Of a stretch of 64,000 bases of DNA, positions 28,114 to 38,935 are shown piece after piece. The notes beneath the pieces were generated by a model, which saw only the letters and a list, made by a program, of their open reading frames with translations, did no database searches and was not told the origin of the DNA. The position numbers and the translations under genes are program-made. Each line of letters starts with the position of its first letter. Position 1 is the stretch's first letter. Origin of the DNA: Candidatus Multivoradales bacterium (lineage in GTDB: Bacteria > Acidobacteriota > Thermoanaerobaculia > Multivoradales > Multivoraceae); contig CBDCWI010000002.1 of the NCBI GenBank assembly GCA_965223325.1, positions 160,001 through 224,000 of the forward strand, given 5' to 3'.

Positions 28114-29079
28114 ATGTCAGATGTTGCGGTTGACGAATCCCAATTCGAAGCACCACTGATCGAGCTGCGACGTCAGATCGAAGAGCTCGAGGGCTATCCC
28201 GAAGGAGCCGGTCGACGGCGTGAGCTGGCGCGCCTCGAAAGGGAACTCCGCAAGCAGACGGCCGAGGTCTACGGTCGGCTGACCGCCTGGCAGACGACTC
28301 TGGTCGCCCGGAACGCCGAGCGCCCCTACGCCCTCGACTGGATCGGCATGTTGACCGAGGAGTTCGTCGAACTTCACGGAGACCGCTGTTTCGGTGATGA
28401 TCCGGCGATCGTCGGAGGACCGGCGCGTTATCGCGGGGAGCCAGTGATGGTGCTCGGGCACCAGAAAGGACGCGGTACCAAGGAGCGCATTCGGCGGAAC
28501 TTCGGACAGCCGAATCCCGAGGGCTACCGCAAGGCGTTGCGGCTGATGAAGCTTGCTGAGCGCTTCGCGATGCCGATTCTGACCTTCATCGATACCCCAG
28601 GCGCCTATCCGGGCCGCGGCGCCGAAGAGCGCGGCCAGGCCGAGGCGGTGGCGCGCAACCTCATCGAGATGGCGGCGCTCGAGGTTCCGATCGTATCGGT
28701 GGTGACCGGAGAGGGCGGCAGCGGCGGCGCTCTGGCACTGGGGGTCGCGAACCACGTCTACATGCTCGAACACTCGGTGTACTCGGTCATCTCCCCTGAG
28801 GGCTGTGCGGCGATTCTGTGGAAGGAACAGGAAGGCCGGTCGCTCGCGGCCGCTGCGATGAGAGTCACCGCCAACGAGCTCGATCAGCTCGGGCTCGTCG
28901 ACGGCGTCCTCGAGGAGCCAATCGGTGGCGCGCATCTCGATCCCGGCGCGGCGGCGCAGGAGATTGACAAGGCGATTGCCGATTCCTTGGCGACGCTCGG
29001 CAAACTGAGAGGTCCAGAGCTCGTCGAACAGCGCTACGAACGCTTCCGCGCACTCGGCGCTTACCGCGAGCTGCGCTAG
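28114..29079 (+). CDS. accA: Acetyl-CoA carboxylase carboxyltransferase alpha
   Basis: ELHGDR, GHQKG, PEGYRKALR, DTPGAYPG, GEGGSGGALA, YSVISPEGCAAILW. Confidence 0.97.
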   Translation: MSDVAVDESQFEAPLIELRRQIEELEGYPEGAGRRRELARLERELRKQTAEVYGRLTAWQTTLVARNAERPYALDWIGMLTEEFVELHGDRCFGDDPAIVGGPARYRGEPVMVLGHQKGRGTKERIRRNFGQPNPEGYRKALRLMKLAERFAMPILTFIDTPGAYPGRGAEERGQAEAVARNLIEMAALEVPIVSVVTGEGGSGGALALGVANHVYMLEHSVYSVISPEGCAAILWKEQEGRSLAAAAMRVTANELDQLGLVDGVLEEPIGGAHLDPGAAAQEIDKAIADSLATLGKLRGPELVEQRYERFRALGAYRELR

Positions 29080-29105
29080 CAGACGAACCGCCCCCCTTTG
29101 AGCCA

Positions 29106-30836
29106 TTGACAGAATCCGCTTCCGCTAAACGGCAAGCGCACGAGCAAGTGGTCTGGCGGCCAGCGCCTGTCTTGCCCGCTGCTCAGGCGCTCATCGCGGC
29201 CGGCTACGCGGCCGATATCGCGGCGATGCTCGCCCGGCGTGACGTGACCACGCCCGAGGAAGCGCGAGCCTTCCTCGAACCGACGGCGGCGGATCTCCAT
29301 GATCCCTTTCTGCTCGCCGACATGGGTGCTGCCGTGGTGCGCCTTGCGGCCGCGATCACCAGTCACGAGACCGTTGCGGTGGTCGGCGACTACGACGTCG
29401 ACGGCGTGACTGCGGCCGCACTGCTCGGGGCCGTCTTCAGGGCGCATGGTCTTTCGGTGCTCACGATTCTGCCGCACCGGATGCGTGAGGGCTACGGTTT
29501 CAAGAAGGAGCATGTCGATCGAGCTCGTGCTGCTGGCGCCGGGTTGATCGTCACCGTCGACTGTGGGACTACGTCGGGAGCGGCGGTACAGCACGCACTC
29601 GACCAGGGCATTGAGGTCATTGTCACCGATCACCACGTTCCCGGGCCCGAGTTTCCAGCCCAGGCGATTCAGATCAACCCACAGAGACCCGACTGCGACT
29701 ATCCCTTCCCGCTGCTCGCTGGCGTTGGCCTGGCGCTCAAGCTTTCCCAGGCGCTGTGCGCGCACACCGGGCGCGAGGTCCCGCTGGCACCGATGCTGCG
29801 CATGGCGTGTCTCGGGACGGTGGCTGACGTTGTCCCTCTGGTCGGTGAGAACCGGGTGATCACGGCGCTCGGCCTGCGGGCGCTCGACCAGACCAAGTCG
29901 TTCGGCCTGCGGGCGCTCTACGAGGTGGCGGGAGTCAGGCCGCCACTCAAGAGCGCCGATATCGGTTTTCGCATCGGACCGCGCATCAACGCCGCCGGTC
30001 GTCTGGGAACCGCCGAGGCGGCGCTCGAACTGCTGGTGTCACGAGACGCCGACCAAGCGAAACGTCTGGCACAGACGCTCGAGGAACAGAACCGCCAGCG
30101 CCAGAGCGAGGAGCAGCTGGCCCTGGAAGAGGCCCGCCGGATGATCGAGGAGCGGATTGCGCAAGCAGGTTCCAAACCGGGCATTCTGGTCGCCTGGAGT
30201 GAGCGCTGGCATCGTGGGGTCGTGGGGATTGCGGCGGGTCGTCTGGCACGGGAGTTCCACCGTCCGGCGGTGTTGCTCGCCGTCGACGGGGCGTCGGCCA
30301 CCGGCTCGGGTCGGAGCATTCCCGACGCTTCGCTGTTTGACTTCCTGGTGCAGTGGCGGGAGTGCTACCAACGCTTTGGTGGTCACGAGGCGGCGGTCGG
30401 GATGACGGTTGCGACTGACGAGCTCGACGCCTTACGCGAACTCTGGGAGAAGGAAGCGGAGTGGCCGGCTCGGGTTCTCGAGCGCCGCTACGAGTATGAG
30501 TTCGAGCTCCTGCCCGGTGAGGTGACTCCCGAGCAGGTCGGCGAGCTCTCGGTTCTCGAGCCGCACGGCGCAGAAAACCGTCGACCGTTAGTGCGAGTCG
30601 GGCCGATGCAGGTGGTTCTCGGACCGCTTCTGTTTGGCAAACAGAAGCAGCACGTTCGCGCCCAGGTGACCGATCGAGATGGCGGTCGCCTGTGGCTACT
30701 CGGCTTTCACTGGGCACAACGCAGCGCCGAACTCGCGGGTGACGCCATCGAGGCACTGGGCTACGTCGGCTGGGATGACTACCGAGGTTGCCCACAGCTC
30801 GAGCTGGTCGATGTCCGGCCGGCGGAAGTCGGCTGA
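29106..30836 (+). CDS. recJ: ssDNA-specific exonuclease
   Basis: GDYDVDG, TVDCG, TDHH, GTVADVVPL.GENR, PRINAAGR, GSGRS, FGGH. Confidence 0.96.
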   Translation: MTESASAKRQAHEQVVWRPAPVLPAAQALIAAGYAADIAAMLARRDVTTPEEARAFLEPTAADLHDPFLLADMGAAVVRLAAAITSHETVAVVGDYDVDGVTAAALLGAVFRAHGLSVLTILPHRMREGYGFKKEHVDRARAAGAGLIVTVDCGTTSGAAVQHALDQGIEVIVTDHHVPGPEFPAQAIQINPQRPDCDYPFPLLAGVGLALKLSQALCAHTGREVPLAPMLRMACLGTVADVVPLVGENRVITALGLRALDQTKSFGLRALYEVAGVRPPLKSADIGFRIGPRINAAGRLGTAEAALELLVSRDADQAKRLAQTLEEQNRQRQSEEQLALEEARRMIEERIAQAGSKPGILVAWSERWHRGVVGIAAGRLAREFHRPAVLLAVDGASATGSGRSIPDASLFDFLVQWRECYQRFGGHEAAVGMTVATDELDALRELWEKEAEWPARVLERRYEYEFELLPGEVTPEQVGELSVLEPHGAENRRPLVRVGPMQVVLGPLLFGKQKQHVRAQVTDRDGGRLWLLGFHWAQRSAELAGDAIEALGYVGWDDYRGCPQLELVDVRPAEVG

Positions 30837-30913
30837 GCGGTAGGCAGGACGACGAGGACCGCTCAACCGCCGCGGCCGACCGGCGGGCCGCTGGTCCCGT
30901 ATGATTCCGAGGT

Positions 30914-33031
30914 ATGCCCCCGAGTTCACGCCCAGCCAGGCTACGCGCAGTGCGCTTTGGCCTGCTCGCCTTTCTCATTCTGTCGATAGCCTCAATCGCC
31001 GGCCTGCTCTACTTTGGGCGCTCGGGAAGCGGTGCCCCGGGTGCGGCGACGACGGCGGGCCAGCCGACGCTCGACGAGGAGACCGTTCTGTCGTCGCAAG
31101 ATCTCGGGTACGAGGTCTATGCGGGCGATCGGTTGGCGTTTCGCATTCAGGCCAAGGAATCGAGAGCCGACCGGGACGGCAACTCCTACCTCGAAGACGT
31201 CGACATCGAGACCTTTCGGGGTGACACCAGCTATCGGATTCGAGGGCACAAGGCGCGCTACAACCCCGAGACCAATCAGGCGCTGATCGAAGGAGAGGTC
31301 CTCGTCAAGGGGCCAGACAACGTCACCATCGAAACCGACTGGCTCGACCTGCGCGACCGTGGCAACCTGTTGGTGGCGTCTAAAGGTACCCGCTTCCGCT
31401 CCGGCAACGAAATGCTCGGCACGGCGCGCAACTTGAGGATGTATATCCAGGAGGAGCGCCTGCTACTCGGCGGCGGAGTTCGAATGCGCTCAGGGCCGGG
31501 TGCCCTCTCCCCGTTCTCGTTGCGGGCTCGAAATATGCGCTACGACCGTGTCGACAGCTTCATTCGCGCCGAAGGAGAGGTGAAGCTCGAGCGCGGAGAA
31601 GACTCCCTCGAAGCGAAGCGCATCAACATTCGCCTGGACCCGTTGACCGACGCACCGTTGGCGGTGCGGGCGATGTGGAACGTGCGGGGGAGCGTTGCGG
31701 CAGAAGACGAGGATGGAGACCTCGGCCCGCAACGGGTGTCCTTCTCCGGTTGGAGCCTCGCGGCTGCTTTCGAGGAGGAGACTGAGCTGATCACCGACAT
31801 CCAACTGGATGGGCGCGATGGGCGAGAGGCGCGGATCGCGGCGCGCGATCAGGAGGGCAGCGTGCGCACGCTCGAGAGCATCGCGATCTCCGGAGTTTTC
31901 GATGGTGGCTTTCTCCAAGAGGCGACTGCCGACGGCAACGTGCGGCTGCTCAATGACGGAGTGGCCGGGGAGAGGTCAGCCAGCGCCGTCGCGCAAAAGG
32001 CCACGGCGCTCTTTGACCGTACGGGTGCGATCGTGAGACTCGACCTCGAGGGTGCGGTGGAGCTCGTCCAGGCTGAGTTCAACGCGCGCGGATCGCGAGC
32101 CTGGATGAATTTCACCAACCGCCGTTCGGGGCTCATGGGCGAACCGGTCGATGTGCGCGCTCCGCAGGGCACCTTGCGCGCGCCCAGGGTGACCCATGCT
32201 GGAGATTCCGGGCTCTTGCACGCAACCGGAGGTGTGCGCACTGTGCTCGATGAGTCGTCGAGTACCAGGCTGGTCGGCATGCCGTTCGGCGAGCCCGACG
32301 GCGGCCCGGTGCGCGTCGAGTCCGAGGAGGCCTTCCTGCGGCCCGCTCCGGCAGACGATTTCATCTTTCGCGGCGGGGTACGAGCATGGCAGGGCCGCAA
32401 CCACATCCGTTCGAACCAACTTCGCGGAAGCCAGGCCTCCGGTGAGCTGGCGGCCAGCGGCGAGGTCCATACGCGCTTTTATCCGAGCGCCGGCAGCGAG
32501 AGTCCGATTCCGGGCAGAGAGGGTGGAGACGCGACGGTGGCGGCGAATGGCGAGGAGGCACCGGTCGATGTGCGTTCGAAGCACATGAGCTATTCCGAAC
32601 GGCTGGGGACTGTCATCTACAGCGGTGGCGTCGATGCCCTACAGGCGGGCCGGTCGATGGCCTGTCGTGAGATGCGGCTCGACCTCGACGATCAGGGGGA
32701 GGCCGACACCATGCTGTGTTCGGGCGAGGCGAAGCTCGTCGATCCCGACCGTGGCCGAACCATTGCCGGTGCACGCGCCATTTACCACCTGACGCTCGAG
32801 GAGATCGAGTTCTATGGCGACCCGCTCGAGATCGTCGATCCGGAACAGGGCAAGGTCACCGGTGCCGAGCTTCGCTATCGTCTTGCCGATGGTCGCATGC
32901 GCATTGGCCCCAATGCCGCAGAGGAGCCCATTGGCCCACTCGAAGCACCCACCGATACGACCGCCGAGGCCCCCCAGGCAACTGTTGAGTTCGCCACGGA
33001 CGTGTCTTCGGGTGCGCGGGAGGATCGTTAG
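30914..33031 (+). CDS. Large LptC/LptA(OstA)-like beta-jellyroll LPS transport protein
   Basis: Single N-terminal TM, then repeated beta-jellyroll-like segments. Sits directly upstream of lptB, in the position usually held by lptC-lptA. Confidence 0.75.
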   Translation: MPPSSRPARLRAVRFGLLAFLILSIASIAGLLYFGRSGSGAPGAATTAGQPTLDEETVLSSQDLGYEVYAGDRLAFRIQAKESRADRDGNSYLEDVDIETFRGDTSYRIRGHKARYNPETNQALIEGEVLVKGPDNVTIETDWLDLRDRGNLLVASKGTRFRSGNEMLGTARNLRMYIQEERLLLGGGVRMRSGPGALSPFSLRARNMRYDRVDSFIRAEGEVKLERGEDSLEAKRINIRLDPLTDAPLAVRAMWNVRGSVAAEDEDGDLGPQRVSFSGWSLAAAFEEETELITDIQLDGRDGREARIAARDQEGSVRTLESIAISGVFDGGFLQEATADGNVRLLNDGVAGERSASAVAQKATALFDRTGAIVRLDLEGAVELVQAEFNARGSRAWMNFTNRRSGLMGEPVDVRAPQGTLRAPRVTHAGDSGLLHATGGVRTVLDESSSTRLVGMPFGEPDGGPVRVESEEAFLRPAPADDFIFRGGVRAWQGRNHIRSNQLRGSQASGELAASGEVHTRFYPSAGSESPIPGREGGDATVAANGEEAPVDVRSKHMSYSERLGTVIYSGGVDALQAGRSMACREMRLDLDDQGEADTMLCSGEAKLVDPDRGRTIAGARAIYHLTLEEIEFYGDPLEIVDPEQGKVTGAELRYRLADGRMRIGPNAAEEPIGPLEAPTDTTAEAPQATVEFATDVSSGAREDR

Positions 33032-33822
33032 TGGACGGGCCAGGGGGTCGCGTCAGTCAGGAGGGGGCGCCCGCCGAGCGCGATCTCGAGCCGGCGCAGC
33101 CTATCGCTCTCGCGACGCGGGGTCTGCGCAAAGTCTATCGCGGGCGGGCGGTCGTCAAAGACGTGTCGCTCGAGGTGTCGCCGGGCGAGATCGTCGGTCT
33201 CCTGGGGCCCAACGGTGCGGGCAAGACCACCACGTTCTACATGGTCGTCGGTCTCGTTCCACCGGATGACGGTGAGGTCTTCCTGGGCCCGGAGAAGATT
33301 ACCGACCTCCCCATGTACCTGCGGGCGCACAAGGGCATCAGCTACCTACCCCAAGAGCCGTCGGTGTTTCGCAAGATGACGGTCGAGGCGAATCTGCGAG
33401 CGGTGTTCGAGACGCGTGGAATCGACCGCGGACGAATGGATCGCTGGGTCGATCAGTTGATCGAAGACTTCAGTTTGCACACCGTGCGCAAGAACCGTGG
33501 CCATGAACTGTCGGGCGGCGAGAGACGTCGGGTCGAGATCGCCCGTGCCCTGGCGATCTCTCCCAGCTTTGTGCTGCTCGATGAGCCCTTCGCTGGGATC
33601 GATCCGATCGCGGTGGAAGACATCCAGGAGATCATTCGGCACCTCAAGAAGATGGGAATCGGCGTCTTGATCACCGATCACAACGTGCGCGAGACTTTGA
33701 AGATTACCGATCGTGCATATATCATCAACAACGGCGAGATTCTCCGTTCAGGCTCTCCCTCGGTTCTGTCGGCCGACGAACAGGTACGAAAGATCTACCT
33801 CGGCGACGAATTCACCCTGTAG
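33031..33822 (+). CDS. lptB: LPS export ABC transporter ATP-binding protein
   Basis: [62 protein letters not shown]. Confidence 0.96.
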   Translation: MDGPGGRVSQEGAPAERDLEPAQPIALATRGLRKVYRGRAVVKDVSLEVSPGEIVGLLGPNGAGKTTTFYMVVGLVPPDDGEVFLGPEKITDLPMYLRAHKGISYLPQEPSVFRKMTVEANLRAVFETRGIDRGRMDRWVDQLIEDFSLHTVRKNRGHELSGGERRRVEIARALAISPSFVLLDEPFAGIDPIAVEDIQEIIRHLKKMGIGVLITDHNVRETLKITDRAYIINNGEILRSGSPSVLSADEQVRKIYLGDEFTL

Positions 33823-34062
33823 ACTGACTTTTCTGGCCCCGGGCCGGTTTGCTTTCCTGCCCACGTCCTGTCCGGACATCTCGCGAAGGTCGCTGGCACC
33901 GGAGCGAACAAGCGCTCCTTCCACACAACCGTCGGCGTCGTCTGCTCTTACGAGACCCCCTGGGCCCTGTCGATCAGAGACCTCTAGACCAGAGCGACCA
34001 CGACCGGGCGGTGAGCTCGAACGCCGTGATTCCGGGCCTGACCGTCAGCCAACCTCGAGAGC

Positions 34063-34130
34063 CCCGACAGTCCCGACAGTCCCGACAGTCCCGACAGTCC
34101 CGGAAGCAAACTTCGAGAGCAAACTTCGAG
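34063..34130. repeat. 9-bp tandem repeat x4 (CCCGACAGT) plus 13-bp repeat x2 (AGCAAACTTCGAG)
   Basis: 9-mers at 34063, 34072, 34081 and 34090; 13-mers at 34105 and 34118; in the lptB-rpoN spacer. Confidence 0.9.
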
Positions 34131-34208
34131 CCAACAGGCCACAACTCTTCACCAAAACCGCCGCAAGCAAGATCTCTACCAGGAACGTTCCCCAGTCTTC
34201 TCTCCCCC

Positions 34209-35999
34209 ATGGCACTAGAACAAAAACTGTCGCTCAAGCTCAGCCAACGGCTGGTCATGACGCCGTCGTTGCAACAGGCGATCAAGCTGTTGCAAATGAC
34301 TCGCATGGAGCTCGAGGGGGTGCTCAACCAGGAGCTGATCGAGAACCCGATTCTCGAAGACACGAAGCTCGAGTCCGAGGAGGCGGAGCCCGAGGGTGAG
34401 AGCGACGAGGCACAGGAAGAGGCCGCGGACTCGATGGACGACATCGACCTCGACGCCTATTTCAACGAGTACCTGGATTATCGCGAGAACCCGTCGTCGA
34501 ACACGTACGAACAGGGCGAAGCCGTACCCATCGAGAACACGCTTTCGCATGATCCGGATCTCTACGATCATCTGCTCTGGCAGATCCAGATGGCGGAGCT
34601 ACCGACCGAGATCCGTGAGGTGGCCGAACTGATCGTCGGCAACCTGGACGGTGAGGGGTTTCTGGTCGCGACGATCGAAGAGATGCAGGCGCTCGGTGCA
34701 GAAACCGAGGAGCTCAACGCGTGGCGTAAGGCGTTGGCAGCGTGGACGAAGGCACACGACCGCTGGAAGGCGGCGCACGAAGCCGGAGTCGAAAACGAGG
34801 CAACGGGAGATTCGCCGGCGGATCTGGCGATGCCTGTTGCGGCGACCGACGCCCTTCCCTCACGGGCTGACGCCGCAACTGGTAGGGCAGAGGGCGTGGC
34901 AGGAGAGGGCCGGGTAGGAGAGGGCCTCGAGATCGAAGAACCGCCTCAGGCGGCGGTGGTCGAAGCAACGAGGGCCGCAGCGCCAGCGAGTGCTGGAGAG
35001 TCAGGTGGCGATCCTGAACCGGAGTTCGATTTCGAAGGGCTTCCCGAGGAGCGTCCGGAGCCCCCTGGCTTCTCCCGTCGTCAGGTCGAAGAGGCGCTGG
35101 CATTCGTGCGCACGCTCGACCCGCCGGGAATCGGCTATCCCGATTTGCGTGAGAGCCTGTGTGCTCAGCTCGAAGCTCGAAACGAAGAAGACACCCTCGC
35201 CTACGCTCTGGTCAAGGATCACTGGGGGCGGTTCCTCAAGCGGCAGTACGTTGCGATCGCCAAGGACCTCGGGGTTCCCCTCGAGCAGCTTCGCGAACCC
35301 GTCGAGGTCGTCAAGACGCTCGAGACGCGGCCTGGTCGCCGCTACAACAACGACCGCACCGAGTACGTCGAACCCGACGTGCATGTCGTCAAAGTGGGTG
35401 ACGAGTATGTGATTCAGCTCAACGACGACGGTATGCCGCGGCTCCGCGTCAGCCGCGCGTATCGGCAGATGCTGCGCGATATGAAGCGGGACAAGAGTCA
35501 GGCCGAGGCTCACCAGTACATCAAGGAGAAGATGCGCTCGGCAATCTGGCTGATCAAGAGTCTCGACCAGCGGCAACGCACGATCTACAAAGTCGCCGCC
35601 TCGATTGTCAAACAGCAGCAGGCCTTCCTGGAGAAGGGGATCGAACACCTCCGGCCGATGGTTCTACGCGACGTCGCCGAGGACATCGAGATGCACGAGT
35701 CGACCGTCAGCCGGGTGGTATCGAACAAGTACATTCATACGCCGCGTGGGTTGTACCCGATGAAGTTCTTCTTCCACAGCGGGATCGACCGGGACTATGG
35801 CGAGGACATTTCTTCATTGACCGTCAAACGTCACATTCAGAGTTTCATCGACGGCGAAGATCCCAAGAAGCCACTGTCCGATTCTGAGATCATGCGACGA
35901 CTCAACCGGGAGGGGATCAATATTGCGCGTCGGACGGTTGCCAAGTACCGTGATGAGCTCAACATTCCGTCCTCAACCGACCGCAAGAAGATCTTCTGA
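34209..35999 (+). CDS. rpoN: RNA polymerase sigma-54 factor with a large internal insertion
   Basis: MALEQKL..KLSQRLVMTPSLQQAIKLLQ region I, HESTVSR HTH, RpoN box ARRTVAKYR. Confidence 0.97.
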   Translation: MALEQKLSLKLSQRLVMTPSLQQAIKLLQMTRMELEGVLNQELIENPILEDTKLESEEAEPEGESDEAQEEAADSMDDIDLDAYFNEYLDYRENPSSNTYEQGEAVPIENTLSHDPDLYDHLLWQIQMAELPTEIREVAELIVGNLDGEGFLVATIEEMQALGAETEELNAWRKALAAWTKAHDRWKAAHEAGVENEATGDSPADLAMPVAATDALPSRADAATGRAEGVAGEGRVGEGLEIEEPPQAAVVEATRAAAPASAGESGGDPEPEFDFEGLPEERPEPPGFSRRQVEEALAFVRTLDPPGIGYPDLRESLCAQLEARNEEDTLAYALVKDHWGRFLKRQYVAIAKDLGVPLEQLREPVEVVKTLETRPGRRYNNDRTEYVEPDVHVVKVGDEYVIQLNDDGMPRLRVSRAYRQMLRDMKRDKSQAEAHQYIKEKMRSAIWLIKSLDQRQRTIYKVAASIVKQQQAFLEKGIEHLRPMVLRDVAEDIEMHESTVSRVVSNKYIHTPRGLYPMKFFFHSGIDRDYGEDISSLTVKRHIQSFIDGEDPKKPLSDSEIMRRLNREGINIARRTVAKYRDELNIPSSTDRKKIF

Positions 36000-36021
36000 T
36001 CTGCGTGTGACCTGACGGGCC

Positions 36022-36531
36022 GTGTCAACTCTTCGTTCTCTACTCGAACCCGACCTGATCTTTCTGGGGCTCGACGTGCGAAGCCGCGACGAGGCTTTGC
36101 ATTCGATCGCACAGTCCCTGACCCGGCTGAGGCCGGCTCTGGGCAGCCCAGTGGTCCTTTTCGAAGAGCTGCGCCGACGCGAAGAGATCGAGCCAACCGC
36201 GATCGGAGACGGCGTGGCCGTACCGCACTGCAAGTTGGGCGGTATCGAGGAGCCCATCGTGGCCTTCGCAGCCGTTCCTCGCGGGGTTTCGTTCGGAACA
36301 GGCGATGCGGCGGCGATCCACCTCTTGTTCGTGGTGATCTCGCCGCGTAGCGGGCGCGCCGCGGCGACCAGTCACCTCGACACGTTGGCCCGGATCGCTC
36401 GTTGGGTGCGGAGTTGCGCCGACCTCGAGAGTGTTTCGGCGAGCGAGAACGTTGCCGGGGTGTTGGCGGCGTTTGGCGACATCGAAGAGGGTGCCTCCGC
36501 TCCATCGCCGGTGCCGGGAGCGCCGACATGA
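36022..36531 (+). CDS. ptsN: PTS EIIA(Ntr)-like protein
   Basis: RE...PTAIGDGVAVPH motif; HLDTLARIAR; follows rpoN. Confidence 0.85.
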   Translation: MSTLRSLLEPDLIFLGLDVRSRDEALHSIAQSLTRLRPALGSPVVLFEELRRREEIEPTAIGDGVAVPHCKLGGIEEPIVAFAAVPRGVSFGTGDAAAIHLLFVVISPRSGRAAATSHLDTLARIARWVRSCADLESVSASENVAGVLAAFGDIEEGASAPSPVPGAPT

Positions 36532-37499
36532 CAGGGAGCAGTGCTCCGGCCTGGGTCGAGGTCCATGAGCTGATGGGCGAGGAGCTCGCAGCCATTGCAC
36601 TCGCGCCGTTGTGTTGCGACGACCGCCTCGATCGGCGCATTACCAACCCGCGTGTGCAAAAGCCGGGGCTCGCCTTCGCCGGTCACTACAAGTACATCAA
36701 GCCCGGGCGGGTGCAGATCATCGGTGCCAGCGAAATGGCCTACCTCGACACGCTCGACGTCGGGGAGCGACAGGCGCGGTTCGAAGCGATTACGGCACTG
36801 GAGTCACCGGTCTTCATCGCCACCAAGGGCATCGTGCCGCACGAGGAGTTTGTCGCCCTGTGTCGCGAACGTGGCATCCCAGTGCTCGGCTCGGCGGCGC
36901 TTTCGTCGGCGGTGATCAAGGAGATCAGCTTTTTTCTCGAAGACCACCTGGTTCCGAGTACCCAGGTGCACGGTGTCTTGATGGAAGTCTACGGGCTCGG
37001 CGTGCTCTTGATCGGACGCAGCGGGGTTGGCAAGAGCGAGTGCGCTATCGATCTGATCTCGCGCGGGCACAGCCTGGTTGGCGATGATCGAGTAACGCTC
37101 AAGAAGTATCCCAGCGGCGACCTGATTGGCTACGGCGAGGAACCGCTGCGTTATCACATGGAGCTGCGCGGGCTGGGCATCATCAACGTCAAGGATCTGT
37201 TCGGCCTGGCGGCGGTCCGGGCGCGCAAGAATCTCGATCTGGTCGTCGAGCTCGAGCCCTGGCAGGAAGACGTTGCCTACGACAGGCTGGGACTCGATGA
37301 AAGCCTGTACGACATCCTCGACACTCCGGTGCCCTACATTCGGATGCCGGTCGTGGTGGGACGGAATCTCTCGATGCTGGTCGAGATCGCGGCGCGCAAT
37401 CACGTCTTGAAGCTCGAGGGTCATCATTCGGCGCGTGAGTTTGCGCGTCAACTGGAGCGAGAACTGGAACGGTCCGCCAAGAACAACGCCGGAAGTTGA
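36528..37499 (+). CDS. hprK: HPr kinase/phosphorylase
   Basis: KPGLAFAG, HGVLM, GRSGVGKSE, GHSLVGDD, MELRGLGIINV, GRNL. Confidence 0.95.
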   Translation: MTGSSAPAWVEVHELMGEELAAIALAPLCCDDRLDRRITNPRVQKPGLAFAGHYKYIKPGRVQIIGASEMAYLDTLDVGERQARFEAITALESPVFIATKGIVPHEEFVALCRERGIPVLGSAALSSAVIKEISFFLEDHLVPSTQVHGVLMEVYGLGVLLIGRSGVGKSECAIDLISRGHSLVGDDRVTLKKYPSGDLIGYGEEPLRYHMELRGLGIINVKDLFGLAAVRARKNLDLVVELEPWQEDVAYDRLGLDESLYDILDTPVPYIRMPVVVGRNLSMLVEIAARNHVLKLEGHHSAREFARQLERELERSAKNNAGS

Positions 37500-37547
37500 T
37501 GGCTGGTACGGTTCCTTCGAAACGAAGATTGCACCGGGACGATCAGG

Positions 37548-38480
37548 ATGAGCTCAGACGGAACGAACGAAACCGCGGCTGCCGAGACAAAGGGAACGGC
37601 TGGCGACGAACAGGGCGACCGTCTTCGTCTGGTCTTGATCACCGGGCTTTCAGGTTCGGGCAAGAGCACCGTCGCCAAGAGCTTTGAAGACCTCGGCTTT
37701 CACGTTGTCGACAACCTGCCACTGGCGTTGTTGCGCCTTTTCCTTCAGCAGCCGCGGGCGCTCGTCGCCGACGGAGGGAAGATTGCGCTGGTGACCGACC
37801 TGCGGACGCCGGGGGTGGCCGAGGAGCTTCCGCGGTTGCTTCCAGGGCTTGATCGCGAATCGGTGAATCTGACCGTCCTGTTCCTGGAGACTTCCGAAGC
37901 CGTCCTCGTCCGTCGGTTTTCTGAAACCCGGCGGCGCCATCCGCTCGCCCAGGAAGGCCGGGTGCTGGACGGGATTCGACGCGAGCGTGAGTTGCTGACA
38001 GAGCTGCGGGGCGCCGCCGATCTGGTGCTCGATACGAGCGATTGGACGGTGCACGATGTGCGCGCCGAGATCTACCGCGAGTTCGGTGAGCAGGGCGACA
38101 CCGGTTCGCCGCTCACGGTGAGCCTTGTGTCGTTCGGGTTCAAGCATGGTGCACCGTATGGCGCTGACCTGCAGTTCGATGTGCGCTACCTGCCGAATCC
38201 ACATTTCGTGACCGGGCTGCGCGAGCTCACCGGCCGGGATGCGCCTGTCCGCGATTACCTGGAGGAGCAAGCGGCGTTCGGCGAGTTGGCGGATCGCTTG
38301 TTGGACCTGTTGACCTACCTCCTGCCGCGCTTTGCTGCCGAGAATCGCAGCTACCTGACGATTGGTATCGGTTGTACCGGCGGTAAACACCGTTCCGTCG
38401 CGATGGTCGAGAAACTCCAGGCCGCTCTGGCCGAACAGCAGCTGGTTGTGCACGCTGTGCACCGAGACATTGCCAAGTGA
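37548..38480 (+). CDS. rapZ: RNase adapter RapZ family protein
   Basis: ITGLSGSGKS, VDNLP, RRFSETRRRHP, SFGFKHG, DVRYLPNP, GCTGGKHRSV. Confidence 0.95.
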   Translation: MSSDGTNETAAAETKGTAGDEQGDRLRLVLITGLSGSGKSTVAKSFEDLGFHVVDNLPLALLRLFLQQPRALVADGGKIALVTDLRTPGVAEELPRLLPGLDRESVNLTVLFLETSEAVLVRRFSETRRRHPLAQEGRVLDGIRRERELLTELRGAADLVLDTSDWTVHDVRAEIYREFGEQGDTGSPLTVSLVSFGFKHGAPYGADLQFDVRYLPNPHFVTGLRELTGRDAPVRDYLEEQAAFGELADRLLDLLTYLLPRFAAENRSYLTIGIGCTGGKHRSVAMVEKLQAALAEQQLVVHAVHRDIAK

Positions 38481-38935
38481 GTGGCGAAAGCGCTAGCCGA
38501 GGGGTCGCCCCGGGAAGGCCGCTCAGCATTCTGGTTGCGTCACACGGCCCGGTGGCTGGTGCGTTGGTTGAAAGCGTTCGCAGGATCGCAGGGCGAAGCG
38601 TTGACCACATCGAGGCGATCTGCTTTGACTGGGAGCAAGACGGGGCAGAGGTAGAAGCGGAGCTACGTCGAGCGCTACGGGGTCAGGAGGTGACCTTGAT
38701 CCTGGTTGACCTGCCTGGCTCGACTCCAGCACGGGCGGCACGGCGCCTGGTGGAGAGCGGTCGTGTCGCCGCTCTTTCAGGGGTCAACCTGCCAATGCTG
38801 GTTCGTCTTGCGTGCTGCCCGCCAGCGGCAGGAACGAGCCTCGAAGATCTTGCTCGGGAGGTAGCGGCAAGGGGTCGTGACTCGTTTCGGGTCGCGCTGG
38901 CCGGCGAAGTTGAGCCGGGGGAGGGGTGCGGGTGA
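38477..38935 (+). CDS. PTS EIIA mannose/fructose-type component
   Basis: ILVASHG phospho-His motif, DLPGSTP, GVNLPML. Confidence 0.85.
   Translation: MSGESASRGVAPGRPLSILVASHGPVAGALVESVRRIAGRSVDHIEAICFDWEQDGAEVEAELRRALRGQEVTLILVDLPGSTPARAARRLVESGRVAALSGVNLPMLVRLACCPPAAGTSLEDLAREVAARGRDSFRVALAGEVEPGEGCG

Noticed and set aside
33849-34208. 120-aa N-terminal extension of RpoN
   Set aside because: The canonical region I begins at ATG 34209; the upstream frame translates repeats and has non-coding-like composition.
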